A stretch of DNA of 64,000 nucleotides from Candidatus Binataceae bacterium (GTDB lineage Bacteria > Desulfobacterota > Binatia > Binatales > Binataceae), in the NCBI GenBank assembly GCA_035500095.1, contig DATJXN010000089.1:370-64369 (forward strand), written 5' to 3'. Position numbers and translations under genes: made by a program. Below, piece after piece: positions 34,324 to 44,428 of the stretch; within the stretch, counting starts at the first letter, position 1, and the number at the start of each line of letters is the position of its first letter. The notes under the pieces were generated by a model, which was given only the letters and a program-made list of their open reading frames with translations, was not told where the DNA came from and ran no database searches.

Positions 34324-35340
34324 ATGCAGGTCCATTACGATCGCGACGCCGACCTCAGCTGTCTGCGCCCTCACAAAATCGCCATCCTGGGCTTCGGCAG
34401 CCAGGGCCATGCCCATGCGCTCAATCTGCGCGACAGCGGGATGGAGGTATGCGTGGGGCTGCGCAAGGGCAGCCCGTCGTGGGACAAGGCCGCCAAGCAA
34501 GGCCTGGCAGTCTTCGAGACCGCCGAGGCCGCACGCCGCTCCGACATCGTGATGATGCTCGTGCCGGACGAGATGGGATCGGAGATTTACGAGGCCGAAG
34601 TCGCCCCCCATCTCACGCCGGGCAAGTACCTCGCTTTCGGCCACGGCTTCAACATCCATTTCAAGTTCATCAAGCCCGCGCCCGGCGTCAACGTTTTCAT
34701 GATCGCGCCCAAGGGCCCCGGCCATCTCGTGCGCTCCGAGTACGTCAAGGGACGCGGCGTGCCCTGCCTGCTCGCGGTCGAGCAGGATCCTTCGGGCGAC
34801 ACCAAGCGGATCGGACTCGCGTACGGATCGGCGATCGGCGGCGGCCGCGCGGCGATTATCGAGACCAGCTTTCGCGAAGAGACCGAAACTGATCTGTTCG
34901 GCGAACAATCGGTGCTGTGCGGCGGGCTGACCGAGCTGATCCGCGCCGGTTACGAAACCCTGGTCGCGGCCGGTTACGCGCCGGAGATGGCTTACTTCGA
35001 GTGCGTGCACGAAGTGAAGCTCATCGTCGACCTCATCTACGAGGGCGGCATCGCCAACATGCGCTACTCGATCAGCAACACCGCCGAGTACGGCGACATG
35101 ACGCGCGGCAAGCGCGTGGTCGGACCGGCCTCGCGCCAGGCGATGAAGGAGCTGCTCGGCGATATCCAGTCGGGCAAGTTCGCCAACGAATGGATCGCCG
35201 AGTACCGAGCCGGTTTGCCGCATTTCCGCGAGCTCCGCAAGGAGGCGGAAAAGCATCCGCTCGAAGAGGTCGGACACAAGCTGCGCTCCTTCATGCCGTG
35301 GCTCGCGAGCGACCGCCTGGTCGATAAGGCCAAGAACTGA
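34324..35340 (+). CDS. ilvC: Ketol-acid reductoisomerase (class I)
   Basis: Motifs: [57 protein letters not shown]. Confidence 0.95.
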   Translation: MQVHYDRDADLSCLRPHKIAILGFGSQGHAHALNLRDSGMEVCVGLRKGSPSWDKAAKQGLAVFETAEAARRSDIVMMLVPDEMGSEIYEAEVAPHLTPGKYLAFGHGFNIHFKFIKPAPGVNVFMIAPKGPGHLVRSEYVKGRGVPCLLAVEQDPSGDTKRIGLAYGSAIGGGRAAIIETSFREETETDLFGEQSVLCGGLTELIRAGYETLVAAGYAPEMAYFECVHEVKLIVDLIYEGGIANMRYSISNTAEYGDMTRGKRVVGPASRQAMKELLGDIQSGKFANEWIAEYRAGLPHFRELRKEAEKHPLEEVGHKLRSFMPWLASDRLVDKAKN

Positions 35341-35356
35341 ACGCGGCCCGGAATCT

Positions 35357-35389
35357 GACGGACGGCGGACGGACAGCGGACGGACAGCG
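35357..35389. repeat. Tandem repeat, 3 x 11 nt (GACGGAC(G/A)GCG), ending exactly at the psd ATG
   Basis: GACGGACGGCG GACGGACAGCG GACGGACAGCG, then ATG at 35390. Confidence 0.9.
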
Positions 35390-36073
35390 ATGGATGTGCG
35401 GGCCGGTGCTTTGACCCGGCGCGTGGGCGGCGCAGTGGGAATCGCACCCGAGGGCGTCACGATGGCCTCCGTGGTGCTCGCCGCGGGCACGCTGGCGCTG
35501 ATTCTCGGATGGAACGGCGCCGGCGCGGTGGCGATCGTGTGCGGCCTCGCAATCGCCGCTTTCTTCCGCGACCCCGAGCGCTCGCCCGCCACCGCCTCGG
35601 AACGCCTGGTGTTCTCGGGCGCCGACGGCACGGTGAGCGACGTGACGGAGATGCCGCTGCCCGGCGCCGGCAGCGATGAACGCTACCATCGCGTGTCGGT
35701 CTTCATGTCGCCACTCAACGTGCACGTCAACCGCGCTCCCGTCGGCGGCGAGGTCACGAGCGTACGCCATACGCCCGGGGCGTTTAACGCCGCCTTTCGC
35801 GACCACGCTAGCGAGCACAACGAGCGCAATCTCGTCGTTATGACCGACGCACGGGGCCGCCAACATGCGATTGCACAAATCGCAGGTTACCTGGCGCGGC
35901 GCATCGTTTGCCGTCTGCACCCGCACGATATGGTTCGCTGTGGCGAGCGAATTGGACTTATAATGTTCGGTAGTCGCGTCGATCATTTCATCCCGCGGGA
36001 CTACCGGATAGTGGTTAACATAGGAGAACGGGTGCGTGCCGGAGAGAGTATAATCGGAGAGTTGCTCCAATGA
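35390..36073 (+). CDS. psd: Phosphatidylserine decarboxylase proenzyme (short, archaetidylserine-decarboxylase-like type)
   Basis: Motifs: VSVFMSPLNVHVNRAP, IAGYLARRIV, MFGSRVDHFIP (self-cleavage GS motif). The start could instead be ATG 35462. Confidence 0.85.
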   Translation: MDVRAGALTRRVGGAVGIAPEGVTMASVVLAAGTLALILGWNGAGAVAIVCGLAIAAFFRDPERSPATASERLVFSGADGTVSDVTEMPLPGAGSDERYHRVSVFMSPLNVHVNRAPVGGEVTSVRHTPGAFNAAFRDHASEHNERNLVVMTDARGRQHAIAQIAGYLARRIVCRLHPHDMVRCGERIGLIMFGSRVDHFIPRDYRIVVNIGERVRAGESIIGELLQ

Positions 36074-36999
36074 GCCGACGGGAAAGACAGAATCCCAGCG
36101 CACAGGCGCGGATGCGGCTTATATCGGGCCGTTTGAAGGAACAGCAGCGGCGCGTGGTCGCGCCGCTCCGCCGCGGGGTTTTCCTTGCGCCCGCCACCAT
36201 CACGTCGCTCGGCCTGCTCTCGGGCTTCTTCGGCCTGGTCTCGGCGATCAATTCGCACTTCGAGCTGGCGGCCGTGATGATCCTCATCGCCTTCGTCTGC
36301 GACGGGCTCGATGGCCGCGTGGCGCGGCTCTCGCGCACTTCGAGCCACTTCGGCGTCGAGTACGACAGCCTCTCCGACGTGGTCGCCTTCGGCGTGGCGC
36401 CGGCGGGAATCGCCTATTGCTGGTCGCTCAAATTGCTCGGCGCGTGGGGCGTGGTGATCGCCGGGATGTTCGTGATCTGCGCCGCGCTCAGGCTCGCGCG
36501 TTTCAACGTGCAGACCGCCAGCACCGACAAGCGCCGCTTCGTCGGGCTGCCGGTGCCGGGCGCCGCGGCGATGATCGCGGGCAGCGTGCTCGCCTACAGC
36601 TACTTCGAATTCGAGTCGCCGCGCGCGCTGGTGACCGTGATGGCGCCGCTCACGATAGCGCTCGCGTCCCTGATGATCTCGCGGGTGCCCTACCCCAGCT
36701 TCAAGACCGTCAACCTGCGCGCCCGCGCGCCGGTCGAATTGCTGGTCGTGATGCTGCTCGCGCTGGCGTTCCTGTTCGCGATGCCGCAGTTTACGTTCTT
36801 CGTGCTGGCGACGGCGTACGTCGTCTCGGGACCGTACCTGTTGCTGATGGGCGAACGCCCGCAGACGCTCGCGCCGGTGCTGGGACCGGAGGTGGCTGCT
36901 CAATCGCCCGCGAATCCGCAGAGAAACCGTTCGGCCGCCAGCGCCGCCCGCGCAACTAGCGATTTGTCGGGTAATCCGCCGCCACCGCAAGTTCGCTGA
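36070..36999 (+). CDS. pssA: CDP-diacylglycerol--serine O-phosphatidyltransferase
   Basis: CDP-alcohol phosphatidyltransferase motif DGLDGRVARLSRTSSHFGVEYDSLSDVV. ATGA overlap with the psd stop. Confidence 0.9.
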   Translation: MSRRERQNPSAQARMRLISGRLKEQQRRVVAPLRRGVFLAPATITSLGLLSGFFGLVSAINSHFELAAVMILIAFVCDGLDGRVARLSRTSSHFGVEYDSLSDVVAFGVAPAGIAYCWSLKLLGAWGVVIAGMFVICAALRLARFNVQTASTDKRRFVGLPVPGAAAMIAGSVLAYSYFEFESPRALVTVMAPLTIALASLMISRVPYPSFKTVNLRARAPVELLVVMLLALAFLFAMPQFTFFVLATAYVVSGPYLLLMGERPQTLAPVLGPEVAAQSPANPQRNRSAASAARATSDLSGNPPPPQVR

Positions 37000-37024
37000 G
37001 GACCGAGGGGCCGCGCGCGCCCGC

Positions 37025-37054
37025 TTGACTGTGCCTAAGCGCCCCGCCTAAGAT
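37025..37054 (+). promoter_or_regulatory. Candidate promoter of the leu leader (TTGACT-18-TAAGAT); predicted TSS at or next to the leader ATG
   Basis: TTGACT at 37025-30 and TAAGAT at 37049-54. There is no SD before ATG 37062. Confidence 0.4.
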
Positions 37055-37061
37055 AATCGCG

Positions 37062-37151
37062 ATGTCGCTCTACCCGACCCTGCTGCTGGGACTGCTGCTT
37101 AGCCTGGGCCTTATTAAGGCCCTCGCCGGGAGCGTCGTGGTGCAGGCTTAA
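37062..37151 (+). CDS. Leu-rich leader peptide (29 aa) of the leuA attenuator
   Basis: Hand translation: MSLYPTLLLGLLLSLGLIKALAGSVVVQA*. It has 10 Leu, 3 Val and 1 Ile, and is followed 27 nt later by a strong terminator and then leuA. Not in the ORF track (too short). Confidence 0.6.
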   Translation: MSLYPTLLLGLLLSLGLIKALAGSVVVQA

Positions 37152-37177
37152 GGAAGCGACCCTAAAACCTGAACCAA

Positions 37178-37223
37178 ACGCCCCGGGCGGAGGGCCAAAA
37201 GGCCGCCCGGGGCGTTTCTTTTT
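37178..37223 (+). terminator. Intrinsic terminator / attenuator between the leader peptide and leuA
   Basis: ACGCCCCGGGC (37178-88) pairs perfectly with GCCCGGGGCGT (37205-15). There is an inner GGCC-AAAA-GGCC stem-loop, then TTCTTTTT (37216-23). Confidence 0.8.
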
Positions 37224-37277
37224 GCCCGGCCGTGCGGCCTTGCGGCTCATCCGTCACGGAACGCACGGAGGAGAGAG

Positions 37278-38897
<1,620 letters not shown>

Positions 38898-38957
38898 GCC
38901 GGACGACCCGGAGCAGCCGTCGGACTTGCCGGAGATCTGCCCGGGACCCGCCGCGGC

Positions 38958-38990
38958 ACTTGCTCGGAACTTGCTCGGGACTTGCCGTGG
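38958..38990. repeat. Tandem repeat, 3 x 11 nt (ACTTGC(T/C)(C/G)(G/T)GG), in the 319-nt leuA-leuB spacer
   Basis: ACTTGCTCGGA ACTTGCTCGGG ACTTGCCGTGG. Confidence 0.8.
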
Positions 38991-39216
38991 CATCGGCGTT
39001 TGGGCTAAACGCTAGTGGCGTCGGGCCGCGCGTCTGACGCGGGTGGCCCAACCGAAGGTGTCGAAGAAGGGAAGATCGCGCTCCGCCGGACTCGCGAGGT
39101 CTGAATTCGTGCGAATTTTCGGCCGCGCCTCTGCAGCGGCCGCACGGCGCTCGACGCAAATCTGCCCGCAATTTATCGGTCTCCCCATTTCCGCTGCCAG
39201 GACTGCATAAGCATAG

Positions 39217-40323
39217 ATGGCCTACAAGATTCTGGTTCTCAAGGGTGACGGGATCGGCCCCGAAGTGGTCGGCGAAGCGCTGCAGGTGCTCAGGATCGTG
39301 GCGCGCAATGCCGCGCTCGACCTCGAGTTCAAGGAAGGCGTGGCCGGCGGCCATGCGATCGATCAGTTCGGCACTCCGCTCCCCGCCGACGTGCTCAAGC
39401 AGGCCAAGGACTGCGATGCGATCCTGTTCGGCGCGGTCGGCGGCCCCAAGTGGGACGACCCCAAGGCCGACAAGCGCCCCGAGCAAGCGTTGCTCACGCT
39501 GCGCAAGGAACTGGGGCTGTTCGCCAACGTGCGCCCGGTCAAGGCGGTCAAGGAGCTCACCGTGAGCTCCCCGCTGCGCCAGGAGATCATCAATGGCGTC
39601 GACCTTGTGGTCATCCGCGAACTCACCGGTGGCATCTACTACGGCAAGCCCTCCGAGCGGCGCAGCAACGGCGACCTCCGCGCGGCCGTGGACACCTGCG
39701 TCTATTCCGAGGAAGAGATCGTCCGCGTGCTGCGCTACGGCTTCGAACTGGCGCGCGAACGCCGCAAGCGCCTGACCTCCGTCGACAAAGCCAACATCCT
39801 CGCCACCTCGCGGCTGTGGCGCGAGATCGCGGGCGAGCTGGCCAGGGAATATAAGGACGTCGCTTTCGAGAATCAGCTCGTCGATTCGATGGCGATGCAT
39901 CTTATCCGCCGACCGCGCGACTTCGACGTGATCGTCACCGAGAACATGTTCGGCGATATCCTCACCGACGAAGCCTCGGTGCTGGCAGGCTCGATGGGTC
40001 TGTTGCCGTCGGCCTCGCTCGGCGACGAGCTCAATTCCGCGGGATGCCGCATCGGGCTCTTCGAGCCAATTCACGGCTCCGCTCCGGATATCGCCGGCCG
40101 CGACGAGGCCAATCCGCTGGCCGCGATTCTGTCCGCCGCGATGCTGCTCGAGCATTCGCTTGGAATGCGCTCGGAGGCCGAGACAATCGAGCAGGCGGTC
40201 GAGGCCGTACTGCACGAAGGCTATCGCACGCGCGACCTCGGAGCCGGTTCGGGCACCAAGGTGGTGGGGTGCAAGGCGATGGGCCGGGTGGTGCGGGAAA
40301 AGCTCGAAGGCGCGGAGAGCTGA
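39217..40323 (+). CDS. leuB: 3-isopropylmalate dehydrogenase
   Basis: Motifs: KILVLKGDGIGPEV, LFANVRP, VRELTGGIYYG, NMFGDILTDEASVLAGSMGLLPSAS. Confidence 0.95.
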   Translation: MAYKILVLKGDGIGPEVVGEALQVLRIVARNAALDLEFKEGVAGGHAIDQFGTPLPADVLKQAKDCDAILFGAVGGPKWDDPKADKRPEQALLTLRKELGLFANVRPVKAVKELTVSSPLRQEIINGVDLVVIRELTGGIYYGKPSERRSNGDLRAAVDTCVYSEEEIVRVLRYGFELARERRKRLTSVDKANILATSRLWREIAGELAREYKDVAFENQLVDSMAMHLIRRPRDFDVIVTENMFGDILTDEASVLAGSMGLLPSASLGDELNSAGCRIGLFEPIHGSAPDIAGRDEANPLAAILSAAMLLEHSLGMRSEAETIEQAVEAVLHEGYRTRDLGAGSGTKVVGCKAMGRVVREKLEGAES

Positions 40324-40324
40324 G

Positions 40325-41320
40325 ATGGCCGCGGCGCCCGGCCGCGAGGTCAGGATCGCCGTCGTCGGCGCCACCGGCGCGGTCGGCGAGCAGATCGTCG
40401 AACTTATCGACGCGCGCGCCCTCCCCTGCTCCGAACTGGTGTTGTTTGCGAGCGAGCGCGGCGCAACCGAGACCGTCGAGGCGCTGGGCGAGGCGTTGAG
40501 CGTCGCCGAGTTTCATGAACCGGCCGAACTTTCCCGTTTCGACATCGCATTCCTCGCCGTCGCGCCGAGCCGGGCGGCCGAGATAGTTCGCGCTCATCCG
40601 GGTCCGTTGCTGGTCGATCTGAGCGCCGCCCGCCGCGCACCCGACGAGATCCCGTCGATTCCGCTGATCGCGCCCTCGTTCACGCCGCCCGAACGCGTCG
40701 CCGCACTGACGGCGCGTGGCAAGACCGTAGGGATCCCGCATCCCGCGGCCCACGCGCTTGCCATGATCGTCAGCGCGGCCGGCGCGCAAACTCCGGTCGT
40801 GTGCGCGACCGTGATGCTTGGCGCAAGCGACGCCGGACGCGAGAGCGTCGGAGAAGTCGCCCGCGAAGCGCGCGAGCTGCTGAGCGGCACGCATAATCTG
40901 GAAGAAGGCGAGGTCCAGCGCGCTTTCAACGCTTATCCTGCGGAACCCGGCTTCGCCGCCGCGCTTTGTGCGCAGACGGCCGCGCTGCTCGGCGGCGGCG
41001 GACCGAGGCTCGTGGTCGAGGCCGTACACGTCGGCGTGCTTCACGGCTCGGCGATGACGGTGCTGATTCCCGACCTGGCCAACCCGGAGAAACTGGCCGA
41101 GCGTCTCCGCGCCGCGCCCGGTCTGCTGCTGGTCGAGGGCAAGGAGGGCGGCACGGGCATCGTCGATGCGATTGGCCAGGAGGCGATCCTCGTCACACCC
41201 GACCTCGAGCGCACCGGCGTGTCGGTCTGGTCTGCGTTCGACAGCGCACGCCTGGCGGCGCTCGACGCCGTATGGATCTCGGAGAAATTCTCCGCCGTTG
41301 CCGCCCCGGGCGCCGCATAG
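40325..41320 (+). CDS. usg: USG-1-like protein (aspartate-semialdehyde dehydrogenase family, apparently lacking the nucleophilic Cys)
   Basis: IAVVGATGAVGEQIVELI (NAD(P) fold), AFNAYP, VHVGVLHGSAM. Sits between leuB and truA, as usg sits upstream of truA in E. coli. The position of the Asd NPNCST motif reads IPHPAAHAL. Confidence 0.7.
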   Translation: MAAAPGREVRIAVVGATGAVGEQIVELIDARALPCSELVLFASERGATETVEALGEALSVAEFHEPAELSRFDIAFLAVAPSRAAEIVRAHPGPLLVDLSAARRAPDEIPSIPLIAPSFTPPERVAALTARGKTVGIPHPAAHALAMIVSAAGAQTPVVCATVMLGASDAGRESVGEVAREARELLSGTHNLEEGEVQRAFNAYPAEPGFAAALCAQTAALLGGGGPRLVVEAVHVGVLHGSAMTVLIPDLANPEKLAERLRAAPGLLLVEGKEGGTGIVDAIGQEAILVTPDLERTGVSVWSAFDSARLAALDAVWISEKFSAVAAPGAA

Positions 41321-41356
41321 GAGTCTCCGCGGGCGGGCGCGTCTTCAAACCGCAAC

Positions 41357-42121
41357 ATGCAGGTTCGGCTCAAGCTCGAGTACGACGGCACCGATTACTC
41401 GGGCTGGCAGATACAGGCCGCGCAGAATTCGATTCAGGCCGAGCTGGAAGAGGCGCTCACGCGAATCTTCGGCGTCCCGACGCGGGTGCGCGGCGCGGGA
41501 CGCACCGATGCCGGCGTGCATGCGCGCGGCCAGGTCGCCGCAGTGTGGCTGCCGCGGCCGTTCGATCCGGCTGAACTTTTGCGCGCGCTCAACGCGATCC
41601 TGCCGCCGGATATCGTCGTGCTCGAAGCGGCGCGAGCCGCCGACAATTTCGACCCGCGCCGCGACGCGCGGCTGCGTATCTATGAGTATCGCGTGCTCAA
41701 CCGGCCGCTGCGCTCGGCCTTCGAGCGCAACTCGGCCTGGCTCGTGCGCGAGCCGCTGGATCTCGCCGCCATGAACGAGGCGGCGGCGGCGTTTATCGGC
41801 GAGCATGACTTCGCCGCGTTCCGTTCGCTGGGTTCCGAGGAAAAGACGACGCTGCGCCGCGTCGAGGTCAGCCGCTGGCACGATCAGCATGATCTTGACC
41901 CGCGCGGCGGACACCATCTGGTTTACCGGGTCGAGGCGAACGCATTTTTGCGCCACATGGTGCGCACGATGGTGGCCGCGATGGTCGACGTGGGGCGCGG
42001 CAAACCAGCGGGCCGCGCTGCGGCCCAGACGATCGCCGCGCTGCTCCAAAGCCGCGATCGCGCGCTCGCGCCGGCGCCTGCGCCGGCCGCCGGCCTCTGC
42101 CTGGTCGAAGTGCTGTACTAG
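41357..42121 (+). CDS. truA: tRNA pseudouridine(38-40) synthase
   Basis: Motifs: LEYDGTDYSGWQIQ, GAGRTDAGVHARGQV, FLRHMVRTMV. Confidence 0.95.
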   Translation: MQVRLKLEYDGTDYSGWQIQAAQNSIQAELEEALTRIFGVPTRVRGAGRTDAGVHARGQVAAVWLPRPFDPAELLRALNAILPPDIVVLEAARAADNFDPRRDARLRIYEYRVLNRPLRSAFERNSAWLVREPLDLAAMNEAAAAFIGEHDFAAFRSLGSEEKTTLRRVEVSRWHDQHDLDPRGGHHLVYRVEANAFLRHMVRTMVAAMVDVGRGKPAGRAAAQTIAALLQSRDRALAPAPAPAAGLCLVEVLY

Positions 42122-42162
42122 TGGTGTCCTGGAAATAAGTTTCATCCCAAGATCTGAAGGCT

Positions 42163-42251
42163 GTCATTCCGAGCGCAGCGAGGAATCCCGGCTTCCACGA
42201 AAAACGAATAAAGATCCGGGATTCCTCGGTCGCTGACCCCCTCGGAATGAC
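42163..42251. repeat. Imperfect palindromic REP/MITE-like element (GTCATTCCGAG...CTCGGAATGAC)
   Basis: Left arm GTCATTCCGAGCGCAGCGAGGAATCCCGG (42163-42191). Right arm CCGGGATTCCTCGGTCGCTGACCCCCTCGGAATGAC (42216-42251). It produces the spurious peptide ...HSERSEESR... in the track. Confidence 0.8.
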
Positions 42252-42523
42252 ACCTTGACGCTTTTCCGGATATGTAAGTTACCCGCGGGACATCACACCA
42301 GCCGGCGCAGCGGCATCGGGCAGAAATCGCAAGCGGGATCGCGCGGCGCCGATCGCGAGACGAAAAAGTGCTTCTGCCCCAAGGGCTCACAGCCGGGCCT
42401 GTTGAAAAATCGTCACGGTTATTAAGAAAAACGCGCATTTTGCGCCCGCTGCAGCTTGCAAATGACTTGACCGTGGTTCAGGCTCTGGTCTGCGAAACTC
42501 GCACTCGCACAAGGAGGAAGCTG

Positions 42524-42805
42524 ATGACGCAGTCGCAGGTCGCGGCGCATCTCGCCGAGAAAGTAGGCATCTCGAAAAAGGACGCGAAGATCGCGCTCGA
42601 GGAATTGACCACCCTGGTCGTACGCGAACTCAAGAAGGAAGGCTCACTGCGCCTTGCAGGACTGGGGATCTTCCGCAAGCGCAAGACCAAGGCGCGGATG
42701 GGGCGTAATCCGGCCACCGGCGAGCAGATCAAGATTCCGGCGCGCACCCGCCTCCGCTTCACGCCTGCCAAGGCGCTCAAGGACGCGGTGCTCGGAGCGC
42801 GCTAG
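42524..42805 (+). CDS. HU/IHF-family DNA-binding protein
   Basis: MTQSQVAAHLAEKVGISKKDAKIALEEL...GIFRKRKTKARMGRNPATGEQIKIPARTRLRFTPAKALKD. ATG follows AAGGAGGAAG. Confidence 0.9.
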   Translation: MTQSQVAAHLAEKVGISKKDAKIALEELTTLVVRELKKEGSLRLAGLGIFRKRKTKARMGRNPATGEQIKIPARTRLRFTPAKALKDAVLGAR

Positions 42806-43030
42806 TCGCGGGTTTGCAAAAGTCTTAGAGCCGCGGGGCCGAAAGCGGCGCTTAGGCCCCGCAGCTCGTCTTTGCGACGCACCACAACTTCGGCTCGCCC
42901 GTTCGGGCGAAACGCCCGTTTCAGCGCGGTCCTTACTTGCTGTTCGCGACTTAACTGTTCGCGGGCTGCGCTCAACTGCAAAGTGACAGAAATTACAAGA
43001 AGACCGCGGTCGCCGATGGCGGCCGCTCGA

Positions 43031-44428
43031 TCATCCGCCGGATTTCTTCGGGATTTCGGATAGCCGCTTGCCGCTCTTGCGCGCAAGCCGCGCCCGTTCC
43101 AGATATTCGCCGAGCCGCCCTTCGTAGCCGCGCTCCGACGGTTCGTAGTACCGCCGCTCGCCCAGTTCGTCGGGCATGAAGTGCTGCTCGTTGAGCGCGC
43201 CCTCGGAGTCGTGCGGATAGAGATAGCCTTCGCCGTAGCCGAGCTTGCGCATCAGACCGGTCGGCGCGTTGCGCAGATGTAGCGGTACCGGCAGCGCGCC
43301 GCGTTCGCGCGCGTCGGCGCGCGCCTTGAGCATCCCGCGATACGACGCATTGGACTTGGGCGCGCACGCGAGGTAGGTCACGCCCTGCGCGAGCGGAATC
43401 GCACCCTCCGGCATCCCGACGAAATCCACCGCGTCCTTCACCGCCACTGCGACCTGGAGCGCGCGCGGGTCGGCGTTGCCAACATCCTCGGACGCAAAAA
43501 TCACCATCCGCCGCGCCACGAACAGCGGATCCTCGCCCGCCTCGAGCATCCGCGTCATCCAGTAGAGCGCCGCGTCGGGGTCGCTGCCGCGCATGCTCTT
43601 GATGAAGGCGGAGATGACGTTGTAGTGCTCCTCGCCGGCGCGGTCGTAAAGCAGGGTTTTCTGCTGCGCCGCCTCGCGCACGTGCTCGGGCGCGATCGCG
43701 CGCTGGCCGGCCGCACGCGCGAGCGTCGCCGCGACCTCGAGCGTGTTGAGCGCGCGCCGCGCATCGCCGGCGCCGAAGCGCACCAGTTCCGCGAGCGCCT
43801 CGTCGTCGAGCGCAAGCCCGTTTGCGCCGAGGCCGCGATCGGTGTCGTCGAGCGCGCGGCGCAGGATCGCCGCGAGATCCTCATCGCCGAGCGCGCGCAG
43901 CACCAGCACGCGCGTGCGCGAGAGCAGCGGAGCGATCACCTCGAACGAGGGATTCTCGGTGGTCGCGCCAATTAGCGTGATGAGCCCGCTTTCGACGTGC
44001 GGCAGGATCGCGTCCTGCTGCGCCCGGTTCCATCGATGGATCTCGTCGATGAAAACCACCGTGCGCCGCCCGCCCGTCTCCAGTTCGCGCCGCGCCTCCT
44101 CGACCGCCTCGCGCAATTCTGCGATTCCCGCCGATACCGCTGCGATGGTGCGGAAGTTGGCGCTCGAGCAGCGCGCCAGCAGCAGCGCGATCGTGGTCTT
44201 GCCGGTCCCCGGCGGACCCCACAGGATGATTGACGGCAGCGCGCCCGCCGCGAGCATCCGCCCAAGCATCTTGTCCGGACCAAGCAGATGCTCCTGGCCA
44301 TAAACCTCGTCGAGGCTCCGCGGCCGCATCCGATCGGCCAGCGGCTGCGCCGCCGGCGTCCTGGCGGGAAAGAGACCCGGCTCCGAAGGGGTTTTAGTGC
44401 CGCCGCCGCTGGTGCGCCGCCCGCCCAT
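43031..44428 (-). CDS. rarA: Replication-associated recombination protein A (AAA+ ATPase RarA/MgsA)
   Basis: Motifs: LADRMRPRSLDEVYGQEHLLG, LWGPPGTGKTTIA, VFIDEIHRWNRAQQD, ALYWMTRMLEAGEDP. Confidence 0.9.
   Translation of the reverse strand: MGGRRTSGGGTKTPSEPGLFPARTPAAQPLADRMRPRSLDEVYGQEHLLGPDKMLGRMLAAGALPSIILWGPPGTGKTTIALLLARCSSANFRTIAAVSAGIAELREAVEEARRELETGGRRTVVFIDEIHRWNRAQQDAILPHVESGLITLIGATTENPSFEVIAPLLSRTRVLVLRALGDEDLAAILRRALDDTDRGLGANGLALDDEALAELVRFGAGDARRALNTLEVAATLARAAGQRAIAPEHVREAAQQKTLLYDRAGEEHYNVISAFIKSMRGSDPDAALYWMTRMLEAGEDPLFVARRMVIFASEDVGNADPRALQVAVAVKDAVDFVGMPEGAIPLAQGVTYLACAPKSNASYRGMLKARADARERGALPVPLHLRNAPTGLMRKLGYGEGYLYPHDSEGALNEQHFMPDELGERRYYEPSERGYEGRLGEYLERARLARKSGKRLSEIPKKSGG

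Noticed and set aside
37035-37250. 71-aa minus-strand ORF in the pssA-leuA spacer
   Set aside because: It overlaps the leader peptide and terminator hairpin on the opposite strand. It has a Pro/Gly/Lys-rich sequence, no SD and no family resemblance.
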